Shown: positions 31,326 through 42,222, numbered from the stretch's first letter. The stretch: DNA of 64,000 nucleotides from Chloroflexota bacterium (GCA_009840165.1 VXOG01000028.1:57139-121138); one strand, 5' to 3'. A program made the numbers and translations. Notes: a model not told the origin generated them from the letters alone.

Positions 31326-31937
31326 TCAACTGGGCAGCTGCATATCCATTTGCCGCTGCTCTTTCTGCTGTTGACCTTCCTGTTGAGATGGAACCGCCAG
31401 AGGGTCAGTCACCAGACGGTCAAGATACGCCGGCCATTCCCCGGCATTCCCCATGGTCTGACGGTGCAGGATTCGTCCGTGGGCGTTCAAAGACATGAAT
31501 GATGACTGCCTGGTAACCTCCAGGTCGGCCAACATATTGCCGACGGGTTGGGCGGGAATCATGCCCTGGTAGTTATGTTCGGCAATGTAATCCGATACGG
31601 TGGCGGCGTCTTCGTTGAAAGAAACCACGTAGAAGTCAATCTCGTCGTAATCGGATGCGAAAGTGTTCAGCGTCTGCAACTCAGCGCGACAGTGGGGTCA
31701 CCAAGTAGCGAAGTACATCATCAACACAGGTTGCTGATCGTCCACCAGGTTCTTCAGGGACACCTCCGAGCCGTCAGTCAACTGCATTGTGAAAGGCGGG
31801 GCGAGGTCTCCGGCCTCAACGCCGGTGGCGCTACCGCCTGTCGTCCCCCCGGTGGTTGGGGCGCACGCAGTGGCGAGAACGGCCAGCATCGCCGCAATCA
31901 GCAGCCCCGGTGTCAATTTGTTAATGCCAGTTCTCAT
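31326..31937 (-). CDS. Selenocysteine-containing TlpA/redoxin-like lipoprotein (WUPHC)
   Basis: ORFs 31698-32006 and 31326-31679 are in one frame joined by TGA at 31698-31700 (FATW-U-PHC-RAEL); lipobox LATAC; ATG 31937. Confidence 0.88.
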
Positions 31938-32075
31938 ATCCTTACGGTTGTCTCTCCAGAGTCGGGCATCTGGTATGCTGACGAGAAGTAGGCCCGATTC
32001 TAGCACTCATTCGGTTGTTTTAGAATACGCTGCGCTCCAGTCGCCGGCTTCACCCCTTTTGAGGAGTTCTCCCTG

Positions 32076-34127
32076 ATGCCCAATCGCCTTGCCAACGAGA
32101 CCAGCCCCTACCTGCTGCAACACGCCGAAAACCCGGTGGACTGGTATCCCTGGGGCGAGGAGGCCCTCGATCGCGCGCGCGACGAGGACCGCCCCATCCT
32201 CCTCAGCATCGGCTATTCAGCCTGCCACTGGTGCCACGTCATGGAGCGCGAGTCTTTCGAGAACGACGATATCGCGGCCCTGATGAACGAGCATTTCGTC
32301 AACATCAAGGTGGATCGGGAGGAACGCCCCGACCTGGACGCCGTGTATATGGAGGCCGTCCAGATGCTGACCGGCAGCGGCGGCTGGCCCATGACCGTGT
32401 TTCTAACCCCCGAGGGTCACCCCTTCTACGGAGGCACCTATTTCCCTCCCGATGACCGCCAGGGGATGCCCGGCTTTCCCCGCCTGCTCGCCGCCGCCAG
32501 CCAGGCGTATCAAACCAATAAGAGCGAAATCGAGCGCGTCACCCGCCAACTCTCCGAACAAATGGGACGCAGCGGCCAGATGCCCCGGGGATTCACGCCA
32601 TTGACCACCGAGGTAATGCACAATGCCTACTCGCAACTCGCAACTCAGTTCGACCACCTCAACGGCGGTTTCGGCAACGCCCCCAAGTTCCCCCAGCCCA
32701 TGACACCCGAGTTCCTGCTGCGTTACTACCGCCACGGCTTCAACGCCCGCGCCCTGGAGATGGTCGAACTGACCTTGCAGAAGATGGCCTACGGCGGTAT
32801 GTACGACCAGGTGGGCGGCGGCTTCCACCGCTACTCCACCGACGCCTACTGGCTGGTGCCCCACTTCGAGAAAATGCTTTATGACAACGCGCTTTTGGCC
32901 CGCCTGTATCTCCACGCCTGGCAAGTCACTGGCAACCCGCTGTATCGTCGCATCACCGAGGAAACCCTGGATTACGTCCTCCGTGAAATGACCGACCCGG
33001 CCGGCGGCTTCTACTCGGCACAGGACGCCGACAGCGAAGGCGTCGAGGGCAAATTCTTCGTCTGGACCCCCATTGAACTGCGTCCCCTATTAGGCGACGA
33101 CGCCGACCTCATCATGGGCTACTACGGCGTCACCGAGCGCGGCAACTTCGAGGGTTCCAATATCCTCAACGTCCCGCGCCCGTCCGCAGACTACGCCAAC
33201 CAGCAGAGCATATCCGAGGAAACGCTGAGCGATGCCATCGCCCGCGCCCGCACCACCTTGCTGGAAGTACGCGAGCAGCGCATCCACCCGCTCCTTGATG
33301 ACAAGGTGTTGACATCCTGGAACGGCCTCATGCTCCGAGCCTTCGCCGAAGCCGGCGCCGCTCTGGACCGTCCCGACTACCTCGACGCCGCCCGCAACAA
33401 CGCCGCTTTCTTGCTCGATAACATGCGCGACGCCGACGGTCGCATCCTGCGCACCTGGCGCAACGGCGAGGCCAAGCTCCTCGGCTACCTGGAAGATTAT
33501 TCCTGCCTGACCGACGGCCTGCTCTCTCTCCACGAGGCGACCCTGGAACCTCGCTGGCTCCAGGAGGCCGTGGCCGTCGCCGACGGCATGAACGCACTAT
33601 TCTGGGACGACGCCGTCGGTGGTTTCTACGACACCGGCAGCGACCACGAGCAACTGGTGATCCGTCCCCGCGACGTGTTCGACAACGCCCAGCCCTGCGG
33701 TGGTTCCGTAGCCACCGACGTGTTACTCCGCCTCGGCGTAATCACCGGCAACGAAGACTATTCGTCCAAAGGCGCAACCCCGCTGCGCGCGTTGCAGCAG
33801 CTTCTGGGCCGCGCTCCGGCAGCCACCGGCCATTGGCTCGCCGCCCTCGACTTCTACGTTTCCCTACCCCGCGAAATAGTCATCGTGGGTCCCGCCGATT
33901 CCGATTCCACCCAGGCAATGCTAAGGGAAATCAACGGACGGTTCATGCCCAACAAGGTCGCCGTCGGCATGGCCGATCCCGCCACCCCGCCACTGAAGGA
34001 CTCTCCTCTTTTGGAACAGCGCGTCATGCAGGGCGGCCAGCCCACCGCCTACGTCTGCGAAAACTACGCCTGCCAACTCCCGGTCACCGACGCGGCAGCA
34101 CTGGCCGCCCAACTCGACCGTCAGTAA
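32076..34127 (+). CDS. Thioredoxin-domain protein YyaL/SPATA20 (DUF255)
   Basis: [51 protein letters not shown]. Confidence 0.95.
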   Translation: MPNRLANETSPYLLQHAENPVDWYPWGEEALDRARDEDRPILLSIGYSACHWCHVMERESFENDDIAALMNEHFVNIKVDREERPDLDAVYMEAVQMLTGSGGWPMTVFLTPEGHPFYGGTYFPPDDRQGMPGFPRLLAAASQAYQTNKSEIERVTRQLSEQMGRSGQMPRGFTPLTTEVMHNAYSQLATQFDHLNGGFGNAPKFPQPMTPEFLLRYYRHGFNARALEMVELTLQKMAYGGMYDQVGGGFHRYSTDAYWLVPHFEKMLYDNALLARLYLHAWQVTGNPLYRRITEETLDYVLREMTDPAGGFYSAQDADSEGVEGKFFVWTPIELRPLLGDDADLIMGYYGVTERGNFEGSNILNVPRPSADYANQQSISEETLSDAIARARTTLLEVREQRIHPLLDDKVLTSWNGLMLRAFAEAGAALDRPDYLDAARNNAAFLLDNMRDADGRILRTWRNGEAKLLGYLEDYSCLTDGLLSLHEATLEPRWLQEAVAVADGMNALFWDDAVGGFYDTGSDHEQLVIRPRDVFDNAQPCGGSVATDVLLRLGVITGNEDYSSKGATPLRALQQLLGRAPAATGHWLAALDFYVSLPREIVIVGPADSDSTQAMLREINGRFMPNKVAVGMADPATPPLKDSPLLEQRVMQGGQPTAYVCENYACQLPVTDAAALAAQLDRQ

Positions 34128-34205
34128 CTCCCTCTCCCTTGATGGGAGAGGGTTGGGGTGAGGGTGAAATCCTCCCGTCTCGCACGGAAGAACCGTCACC
34201 CAAGC

Positions 34206-35606
34206 CTACCGCGCCGGAACCAGCCCCGCGGCCATCACCGTATCCCGGTTGATGGTGTCGGGCAGCTTATAGCGCGGCCATAGTGAAAAGCCCAGCAGCA
34301 CCAAGCCCCCTGCTAGCAACGGCGCCAACCGTATGCCCATGGGATTCTCCGGCGAGTCTCCCAGTTGCAGCACCAGGCTCAACAACAGCGGTGGCAGCGC
34401 GTAGGTGACTTTTTCAAAAAAGTTCTGCGTGGCGTAAAACAGCGCCTCACGTCGCTCGCCTCGCAACAGGGCGTCGTAGTCCGCGATGTCGGCGGTCAGC
34501 CCTTTGGGTAGCAGGAAAACTGCCGCCATGGGCATCCCGGCAATAAACATTACGACGAATCCCTGTAGCAACAGGCCGCCGCTCATCGCCAGCCCGACCA
34601 GTCCAATCAGCGGGAACAGCAATGCGCTGGTCACCAGGCATACCCCATAAATCCGACGCTTGGTGACCCGACCGGCGGCAAACAGCATCCAAATGGCGAT
34701 GCCGGCTACGACTACCCCGGCGATAACGCTCATGGACAGGAAACTTGTGGCCGCGCCGTCCCGCTCTTGCAGCAGCACGCCGACTGCGAAAAACGGCACC
34801 CAGCCCTGCAACACCCCGACCCCGGTGGTGAACATCACAAAGGTCGGCAGAAACGCCACGAACTGCGAATTGCGCAGCGTGTCCTTGAATCCCTGCCAGA
34901 AGTGCACTTCTGCCGGCGAAATGTCTCGCGGCGCTCGGTTCCACACCGCGCGCAGCGATAAGTAGCGAAATACCAGCGCCACCACCGCGAAAAAGGTCCC
35001 GGCAACCTGGAACCCAAAGGCATCCTTGATGAACCCTCCGGCCACTAGCCCCAGCCCGGCGCCGCCAACGGCGAACAGGAAGATCAGGCTCACCACGCTC
35101 ATGCGGTCGCGCGCCGTCCTGGTCAATTCCGGCACCAGTGCCTCCAAAGCGCCGCTGGACATCGTCGCCGCCGTGAAGAACAGTTCCAGCATCAGCACGA
35201 AGTACAGCGCATTCCACCAACTGCTGCCCTCCACGGGCAGCGACCAGATCAAAGCTCCGAACAGCGCATAAAACGGAGTGGAGAACATGATGAACGGAAT
35301 GCGCCGCCCCCACCGGCTCCGCGTCCGGTCACTCCACCAGCCAATCAGCGGATCCGTGAATGCGTCGATGAAGCGTCCCGCGAAAATCAGAACTCCCGCC
35401 AACACCCGGGCGTCTATGTCGAAACCCAGCAACGACACGTCAGGAACCCGGCTCATTCCCTCAATTGCCGGCGGCGCCAGGAAAAATAGCACCCACTGTT
35501 GCCGAAAATAGCTTATTGCCTGCAAACCCACGTGATCCGCAGAGAAAAGCATTTTGTTAAGCAGCGGCATTCGCGGCGCCGCTTGTCCCGCCGTATCCGT
35601 AGTCAT
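34206..35606 (-). CDS. MFS transporter, glycoside-pentoside-hexuronide family
   Basis: DAFTDPLIGWWSDRTRSRWGRR, ADIADYD....GERRE; about 12 TMs. Confidence 0.9.
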   Translation of the reverse strand: MTTDTAGQAAPRMPLLNKMLFSADHVGLQAISYFRQQWVLFFLAPPAIEGMSRVPDVSLLGFDIDARVLAGVLIFAGRFIDAFTDPLIGWWSDRTRSRWGRRIPFIMFSTPFYALFGALIWSLPVEGSSWWNALYFVLMLELFFTAATMSSGALEALVPELTRTARDRMSVVSLIFLFAVGGAGLGLVAGGFIKDAFGFQVAGTFFAVVALVFRYLSLRAVWNRAPRDISPAEVHFWQGFKDTLRNSQFVAFLPTFVMFTTGVGVLQGWVPFFAVGVLLQERDGAATSFLSMSVIAGVVVAGIAIWMLFAAGRVTKRRIYGVCLVTSALLFPLIGLVGLAMSGGLLLQGFVVMFIAGMPMAAVFLLPKGLTADIADYDALLRGERREALFYATQNFFEKVTYALPPLLLSLVLQLGDSPENPMGIRLAPLLAGGLVLLGFSLWPRYKLPDTINRDTVMAAGLVPAR

Positions 35607-35754
35607 TGCATAAGCTGCCAACCACTCATTCGGGCCGCAATGTACCACATCCGGGTTGTCCCGCAAGCCGGTGTGATAAGATAACTACCGTCGTTTTCGA
35701 GTCAGATCGACTGCTTATCAACCTCCCTAATCAGCGCCCAACAGAGGTTTCAAC

Positions 35755-36228
35755 ATGGCCATCACCGTAGGACAGCCCGCCCCCGACTTCACTCTCCACG
35801 AAAACCCCGCCACACAGCACAGCCTCAGCGACTACCGTGGCAAGAACGTCGTTATCGCCTTCTTCCCCGGCGCTTTCACCGGCGTCTGCACCACCGAGAT
35901 GTGCGCCTTCCGAGACCGGATTGACGATTTCAACGGCCTGAACGCCGTCGTCCTCGGAATCACCGTTGACCCACCCTTCGCCCAAGCCGCTTGGAAAGCC
36001 GCCAACAACGTCGAGTACACCTTCCTCAGCGACTACAACCGCGAGGTCGTCAACGCCTACGATGTCGCCCTGCCCGGCCTCGCCGGAATGCAGGGTTACG
36101 TCGCCGCCAAGCGCGCCGTTACCATCGTGGACGGCGAAGGCGTCGTCCGCTATCACTGGGTATCCGAATCGCCCGCTAACGAGCCGGACTACGACGAGGT
36201 GCGCGCCGCCGTCGCCGCCCTCAGCTAA
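35755..36228 (+). CDS. Peroxiredoxin (BCP/AhpE-like)
   Basis: APDFTL, FFPGAFTGVCTTEMC, FLSD, KRAV.IVD. Confidence 0.93.
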   Translation: MAITVGQPAPDFTLHENPATQHSLSDYRGKNVVIAFFPGAFTGVCTTEMCAFRDRIDDFNGLNAVVLGITVDPPFAQAAWKAANNVEYTFLSDYNREVVNAYDVALPGLAGMQGYVAAKRAVTIVDGEGVVRYHWVSESPANEPDYDEVRAAVAALS

Positions 36229-36297
36229 ACTACTCGCCGGCTGGAACCATTCGGCGTAGGGGCGAATAATCATTCGCCCCTATTTTCATATCGACTG

Positions 36298-37260
36298 TCA
36301 CGAGTGGCTGACCAGCCGCTCCACCACCATCTCCGTCAACCGTCCCGCATCCACCCCCAGGCACACGTTCACGTTCGCCTCCCGCCCGGTCATGCTGTAC
36401 CAGTCCACCACCGTCTGCCCCCGCGTCAGTTCGCCGCCCGTATCCACCGCCACTGCCAGCCGTTCCGTCTCAAACAGTGTCGGATCTACCGCGTATGCCA
36501 CTGCTGGCACGTCGTTGTAGCGCACTGCCTCGCCCTCCGCCAGCCGGCCCAATCGCCGGTACGCCGCCCGCGTATATTCCGACGCCGACACCAACAGCCG
36601 CACCGCCGGGGCCGGACATTCAACCAGCCGAGCGAACTGTTCATCGGAAAACCCGCAGTGGTCGCAAACGTCCAACCCCACCTGCACGATCCGCACTCCG
36701 GAGTCATACAGAATCGCCGCCGCTTCCGGGTCCTCGTGTATGTTGGCCGTCGCTACGGGCGATACGTTGCCCGGAACTCGCACCGCGCCCCCCATCACCA
36801 CCACCTCCGCCAGCGCATCCGCGATCTCCGGCGCCAACCGCAACGCGAGGGCCACATTAGTCATCCTCCCCAACGCCAGCAGGGTAATTTCCCCGGGCGA
36901 TTCCGAAGCCCGCCGCGCAATCTCCACCGCCGCGTGCTGCGTAATTCCATCGCCGTCATCCGAACCTCGTAAATCGCCCGCCGTCGCTCCTCCCAGCGCA
37001 TCCCCGCCGTGAATATGCGCGGCCCAACCTTCGTTGGCCTTACGCAGCAAGGGCCCTTGGGCGCCCGGATACACCGGCACGTCGCCTCGGCCTGCAACCT
37101 TCAGGATGTGCCGCGCGTTGGCCGCGCACTGTTCCATCGACCCGTTGCCGTAGCTGATGGTCAACGCCTCTACCTGCAATTCCGGGCTGGCCAACGCCAG
37201 CAGAATCGCAGCCAAGTCATCAACGCCGGGATCAGTATCAATTATCACGCGCTTGGGCAT
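36298..37260 (-). CDS. Nucleoside hydrolase (IU-NH family)
   Basis: IIDTDPGVDD, IHG.D.LG, MGG....GN....TANI..DPEAA, GLDV; ATG 37260. Confidence 0.92.
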   Translation of the reverse strand: MPKRVIIDTDPGVDDLAAILLALASPELQVEALTISYGNGSMEQCAANARHILKVAGRGDVPVYPGAQGPLLRKANEGWAAHIHGGDALGGATAGDLRGSDDGDGITQHAAVEIARRASESPGEITLLALGRMTNVALALRLAPEIADALAEVVVMGGAVRVPGNVSPVATANIHEDPEAAAILYDSGVRIVQVGLDVCDHCGFSDEQFARLVECPAPAVRLLVSASEYTRAAYRRLGRLAEGEAVRYNDVPAVAYAVDPTLFETERLAVAVDTGGELTRGQTVVDWYSMTGREANVNVCLGVDAGRLTEMVVERLVSHS

Positions 37261-37415
37261 TGATCTCGTCTCCTCCGCCGCCAATCCTGTGAATCTTCCA
37301 ATCCGGCAAATCCTGATTCTGACAATCCCCGGCCTTTTGACGATGCTACCGGGTTGAGGCATTATAGCCGCTGCAATTCGCTCGCCATCGGCGGACGATT
37401 TCGGAGGGAATATTA

Positions 37416-38504
37416 ATGGCGGTTAATGAAGTTAAAGGTGTCATCTCCAGGGCCAAAGGCGCGGGCGTCGAGTTGGTCACTATCCACGTGCCCGACCCCG
37501 GCGAGGGCGAGGCTCTCGTGCGCGTTCAGGCTTGCGGCGTCTGCCACACTGACCTGCACTACCGGGAAGGCGCAATCAACGACGACTTCCCCTTCCTGCT
37601 CGGACACGAAGCGGCGGGAGTCGTCGAAAAAATCGGCGACGGCGTAACCAACGTGCAGCCCGGCGATTTTGTGATCCTCGCCTGGCGCGCCCCTTGCGGA
37701 AACTGCCGCTCCTGCTACCGCGGTCGTCCGTGGTACTGCTTCGCCAGCCGCAACGCCCAGCAGAAAATGACCCTGCCCGACGGCTCGCCCCTATCGCCCG
37801 CCCTCGGCATCGGCGCATTCTGCGAGCTCACCCTCGTGGACGCTTTGCAGGCCGTGAAGGTTGACCCGGCCGCCAGCCCGCTGGCCGCCGGCCTTATCGG
37901 TTGCGGCGTCATGGCCGGCCTGGGCGCTGCCATGAACACCGGCGGCGTCGGCCGCGGGGATTCCGTCGCCGTCATCGGATGCGGCGGCGTGGGCAACGCC
38001 GCAATCGCCGGCTCCCGGCTCGCCGGCGCCCACACCATCATAGCGGTGGACATCGACGACCGCAAGCTGGAGTGGGCCAAGGGCTTCGGCGCAACCCACA
38101 CCGTCAACTCCACGCAGACCGACGCTGTGGAAGCCATCCGCGCGCTCACCGATGGCAACGGCGCCAACGTCACCATCGAGGCCGTCGGCAATCCCGCCAC
38201 CTATGAGCAGGCTTTCTACGCCCGCGACCTGGCCGGAACCGTCGTCCTGGTAGGCGTGCCGGATCCCACCATGAAAATTGAACTGCCCTTAATCGAAGTA
38301 TTCGGACGCGGCGGCTCTCTGAAATCCTCGTGGTACGGCGACTGTCTCCCCACCCGCGACTTCCCCATGCTCATCGACCTCTACATGCAGGGGCGGCTCG
38401 ATCTCGATGCCTTCGTCAGCGAACGCATCGGCATCGGCGACGTGGAAGAAGCCTTCACCAGCATGGAGCGCGGTGAAGTCCTCCGCTCCGTCGTAGTTAT
38501 GTAA
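37416..38504 (+). CDS. S-(hydroxymethyl)mycothiol dehydrogenase-like Zn-dependent dehydrogenase (MscR-like)
   Basis: [71 protein letters not shown]. Confidence 0.85.
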   Translation: MAVNEVKGVISRAKGAGVELVTIHVPDPGEGEALVRVQACGVCHTDLHYREGAINDDFPFLLGHEAAGVVEKIGDGVTNVQPGDFVILAWRAPCGNCRSCYRGRPWYCFASRNAQQKMTLPDGSPLSPALGIGAFCELTLVDALQAVKVDPAASPLAAGLIGCGVMAGLGAAMNTGGVGRGDSVAVIGCGGVGNAAIAGSRLAGAHTIIAVDIDDRKLEWAKGFGATHTVNSTQTDAVEAIRALTDGNGANVTIEAVGNPATYEQAFYARDLAGTVVLVGVPDPTMKIELPLIEVFGRGGSLKSSWYGDCLPTRDFPMLIDLYMQGRLDLDAFVSERIGIGDVEEAFTSMERGEVLRSVVVM

Positions 38505-38610
38505 AGACACCACAACAAACTCCCTCTCCCCTGCCACATCGCGCCATTTGCTCCCTCTCCCCTGGTGGGAGAGGGTTGGGTGAGGGGGAAATCCTGTTAA
38601 GGAATCGAGT

Positions 38611-39348
38611 ATGGCAACCTTCCTCCTCGTCCACGGCGCATGGCACGGCGGCTGGTGTTGGTGGAAAACCGCGCCGCCGCTGCGCGACGCCGGTCATCTC
38701 GCCTACGCGCCCAGCCTCACCGGCCTGGGCGACCGCGAGCACCTGGCACGCCTGATACCGCCGGCCGTCCTGAATCTCGACCTCCATATCCGCGACATCG
38801 TCCAGCTGCTGGACTCCGAAGATCTTTCAGATGTGGTTCTGGTTGGCCACGCCTACGCCGGCATGGTAATCACCGGGGTTGCGGAACTGCGACCGGAACG
38901 CATCGCCGCGCTGGTTTATGTCAACGGAGTCGCCCCGGCCGACGGCGAAGCGATGATCGACCAACTGGCCGCCGTCCGCGGCCCCGAGTTCGTCGCCCGA
39001 ATCCGGCAGCATATCGACGATGGCGAGCCGTTCATGGCCCAACCCACAACGGCCCCGGAAATCGCCCAGCGATGGGCCATCACCGACCCGGCTGACCAGG
39101 CATTCGCCCTGCCCAGGCTCTCGCCACAGCCCACCTTGACCTTCGCCCAGCCGGTCCGCACGGGCCGCGCCGAGGCCGCCAGTATCCGCCGTGAGTTCAT
39201 CCTGTGCAGCGAATCCGGGTTTGAATCGGTGGCCGAACACGCCGCCGCCAGCGGCTGGGGCGTCCACCACATCGACACCGGCCACGACCCCATGGTCACT
39301 GAACCCGAACAACTATCCCAAATCCTGCTCAACATTGCCGCCGACTAA
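38611..39348 (+). CDS. Alpha/beta-fold hydrolase-like protein (elbow GHAYAG)
   Basis: FLLVHGAWHGGWCW, APSLTGLG.R, VLVGHAYAG, DTGHDPM. Confidence 0.87.
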   Translation: MATFLLVHGAWHGGWCWWKTAPPLRDAGHLAYAPSLTGLGDREHLARLIPPAVLNLDLHIRDIVQLLDSEDLSDVVLVGHAYAGMVITGVAELRPERIAALVYVNGVAPADGEAMIDQLAAVRGPEFVARIRQHIDDGEPFMAQPTTAPEIAQRWAITDPADQAFALPRLSPQPTLTFAQPVRTGRAEAASIRREFILCSESGFESVAEHAAASGWGVHHIDTGHDPMVTEPEQLSQILLNIAAD

Positions 39349-39457
39349 TGTCCGTCCGTCATTCCCGCGAAAGCGGGAATCCAGACACCCCATACACAGG
39401 CAGTGCGGAGGGAAACATCGGCCCAAATGAACCAACATCCCGAATCTCCGAAATCCC

Positions 39458-39506
39458 AAAATAACGTCACCACGTACTTGATACGGGGCCAGTAAATACT
39501 GATTCA
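39458..39506. repeat. Composite repeat (CCCCGTACTTGATACGGGG hairpin + AATCCTGATTCA), second direct copy at 40017-40063
   Basis: Two ~48-nt near-identical direct copies flank the structured element. Confidence 0.8.
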
Positions 39507-39559
39507 GAGAAATGACACCCGCCTGTTGCGCCAAACCGTCCATACGTTCTATCCTACTT

Positions 39560-39952
39560 GTGTCAGGTTTCCCGCCGGGCCCTCGAGAACCCGGCGGAAC
39601 TAGCCGCATCGCATGCAGCGGCAAGCCACCGAAACTACTACACATAGCGAGGTGTCATCGGTTCGGGTCGCTCAACGGCCTGTCGGTTACCCAAAAGCAG
39701 AATTCGGTTCCCCAGGAGCCTAGAGTCGGTCTATTCCCCGACCAAGCTCCCGGAACCCGGCGGGTGCCATCACCGCCCCACGAGGGCCGTCAATAGCCCC
39801 CTCCCCTGGTGGGAGAGGGTTGGCGAGGGGGCAAAAGCCCTCGCCACTAGGGCGGCCAGCACGTGGAAGTCTAGGGCTATATCTCTCTGCGCAAGCAAAA
39901 AACAGTGTTGGCCGTGCTCCGACACGCAACCCGAACCGCAAACCTGACACCA
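39560..39952. ncRNA. Unidentified large structured element (candidate ncRNA or non-autonomous mobile element)
   Basis: Terminal 11-bp inverted repeat GTGTCAGGTTT/AAACCTGACAC, nested 13-bp long-range helix, many hairpins; no credible ORF. Confidence 0.5.
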
Positions 39953-40118
39953 AAATCCTCAAAACCCAAGCAGCCAAGCCCAGTTGAGGTGAACCTGAGC
40001 AAATTCCCCATCCTTGAAATAGCGTCACCCCGTACTTGATACGGGGCCGTAAATCCTGATTCAAACAATCCTGTGCTACGATACTTGGTGTAACCCATAC
40101 GCTAAGGAGAATCCCAAC

Positions 40119-40844
40119 ATGGCCGACTCAGCTTTGGGCCTGGACGTCCGGGCCTGCATTTTCGATGTCTTCGGCACCGTCGTCGATTGGCGTTCCAGCA
40201 TCACCGAACAGTGCGCCAACATGGGCCGCATCAAGGGTATCGACCGCGACTGGGGCGCATTCGCTGACGCCTGGCGCGGCAAGTATCGCCCCTACATGGA
40301 CAAGGTACGCAACGGCGCGTTGCCCTGGACCAACCTGGACGCTCTGCACCGTATGTCGCTGGACGAGGTTCTCGACGAGTTTGAGATCAGCGGCTTCAGC
40401 GACGACGAAAAGATGGAAGTCGCTTATTTCTGGCACAACCTCCGTCCCTGGGCCGACAGCGTGCCCGGCCTCTACCGCCTCAAAAACAAGTTCGTCATCG
40501 CGCCCATGTCCAACGGCAACATCGCCCTGATGACCAACATGGCCAAGAACGGCGGTATGCCGTGGGACTGCATCCTCGGCGCAGAGGTCGCCCAGCACTA
40601 CAAGCCCGACCCGGAAAGCTACGGCACCGCCGTTAAACTGCTCGGCCTCAAAGCCGAACAGGTGATGATGGTCGCCGCCCATCAGGGCGACTTGCTGGCC
40701 TCCGCCAAAGTCGGCCTTCGCACGGCGTTCGTCCCCCGGCCACGCGAGCACGGCCCCGACCGCACGCCGGATCCCACTCCGGACCCGTCCTTCAACGTCG
40801 TCGCCGAAAACTTCGTTGACCTCGCCGCCAAGCTCGGCGCATAG
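40119..40844 (+). CDS. Haloacid dehalogenase type II (HAD)
   Basis: FDVFGTVVDW, WHNLRPWAD, SNGN, YKPDPE.Y, MVAAH..DL. Confidence 0.92.
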   Translation: MADSALGLDVRACIFDVFGTVVDWRSSITEQCANMGRIKGIDRDWGAFADAWRGKYRPYMDKVRNGALPWTNLDALHRMSLDEVLDEFEISGFSDDEKMEVAYFWHNLRPWADSVPGLYRLKNKFVIAPMSNGNIALMTNMAKNGGMPWDCILGAEVAQHYKPDPESYGTAVKLLGLKAEQVMMVAAHQGDLLASAKVGLRTAFVPRPREHGPDRTPDPTPDPSFNVVAENFVDLAAKLGA

Positions 40845-40989
40845 AAATCCCGGCTCAAGGATCTGCCCGGAACTCCGTAGGTGCGAGGCATGCCTCGCAC
40901 CTACCTTTACCGACAACATCCAAGAGGCAAATAGCGTCAGGGGAGCGTAGGGGCGGGTTTCAAACCCGCCCCTACTTTTCTCACCGCGC

Positions 40990-42030
40990 TTACGCCTCCG
41001 CCATAGGCTCCAACCCGCACACCTCGGCCACCAGCTCATAAGAACGCAGCCGGTCCTCAAAGTGGTAGCAGATGGTCACTACGCTCAGGTCTCGCGTCTG
41101 GTAGTCTTCTGCCACCTTTTCCAACCCGGTCTTCACCTGTTCCGGGTCTCCGTCCACGCAGTTCCGCATGTACTGCTGGATGAACTGCCACTCGTTGGTC
41201 AGGTACTTGTAATTCGCCGCCAGCTCGGGGGATGGGATACCCTTGGCGCGCCCGGTTACCGAACGCAGCCGACCAAGGTTCCGGCTTGACGCAATGCGCA
41301 CCGCTTCTTCCTCTGTCTCCGCACATAGCACCTGCACTCCCACGTTCACCAACGGCTCTGACAGGTATTCTGAAGGCTCAAAATTCTGGCGGTAGGATTC
41401 CACAATCTGCGGCCCGTCCGTCGCCCCCATCCCGAAGAAGTGGGCATACGCGAACGGCAGACCCATCTTGGCCGCCATGAACGCCGATTCGTACCGCGAC
41501 CCCAGCAGCCATACCTGCGGCGCAGTGTCCGTCTCTTCGTCCGGCGACGCCATCACCTCATTGAATGGATGGTCGTCCGGCTGCGTGTCTTCCAGGTAGT
41601 TGATCACGTCCCGCACCTGCTGCGGAAAATGCCGCACGTCCTTGGGCATGCTCGGGTACGCCAGCGCCGCCGCCGTTATATGGTCGCTCCCCGGCGCCCG
41701 GCCAATGCCCAGGTCAATCCGGTCCGGGTACAGTGAATCCAGTATCCGAAAAGTCTCCGCCACCTTCAGCGCGCTGTAGTGCGGCAGCATCACGCCGCCC
41801 GAACCTACCCGTATCCGCTTGGTGTGGGCCGCGATCTGTCCCACCATCACCTCCGGGGCCGTGCCGGCAAAGTTGGGCAGGTTGTGGTGTTCCGCCACCC
41901 AGTACCGTTGGTAGCCTAGCCTTTCCGTGGCCACGGCCAACTCGATGGTCTCCCTCAGCGCCGTGCCGGAGTTGCTGCCCTCCCGCATCGGCGACTGGTC
42001 AACCACGCTCAGTTGCAGTTTCTCGCTCAA
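40990..42030 (-). CDS. LLM-class (luciferase-like) flavin-dependent oxidoreductase
   Basis: LSVVDQSP, YWVAEHH, RVGSGGVMLPHYS..KVAE, DLGIGRAPG, WLLGS. Confidence 0.92.
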   Translation of the reverse strand: MSEKLQLSVVDQSPMREGSNSGTALRETIELAVATERLGYQRYWVAEHHNLPNFAGTAPEVMVGQIAAHTKRIRVGSGGVMLPHYSALKVAETFRILDSLYPDRIDLGIGRAPGSDHITAAALAYPSMPKDVRHFPQQVRDVINYLEDTQPDDHPFNEVMASPDEETDTAPQVWLLGSRYESAFMAAKMGLPFAYAHFFGMGATDGPQIVESYRQNFEPSEYLSEPLVNVGVQVLCAETEEEAVRIASSRNLGRLRSVTGRAKGIPSPELAANYKYLTNEWQFIQQYMRNCVDGDPEQVKTGLEKVAEDYQTRDLSVVTICYHFEDRLRSYELVAEVCGLEPMAEA

Positions 42031-42222
42031 TTTTTACCCCTGTTCGCCCCGAATCCGCAGTCGCACGACGGCAATTGTCCGGCGGCGCTATCTGGTTTAT
42101 TTGAAATTCGCAGGTTGCCGAAACTAACCCGCCGGCTTATTATAGTATTGTCAAACGGCATACGCAGTGGCTGGAATCGAACCCGACCCCGAAAGCTGCC
42201 CTTCTTGCTCTTCGATAAAATT

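Noticed and set aside
39560-39952. tmRNA, RNase P, SRP, group I/II intron, raiA or ydaO identity for the structured element (the plus strand ends in ACCA)
   Set aside because: No T-arm or G3-U70 pair, no GAGGAAAGUCC, no SRP GGAA/AGCAG loop; only short coincidental resemblances to the others
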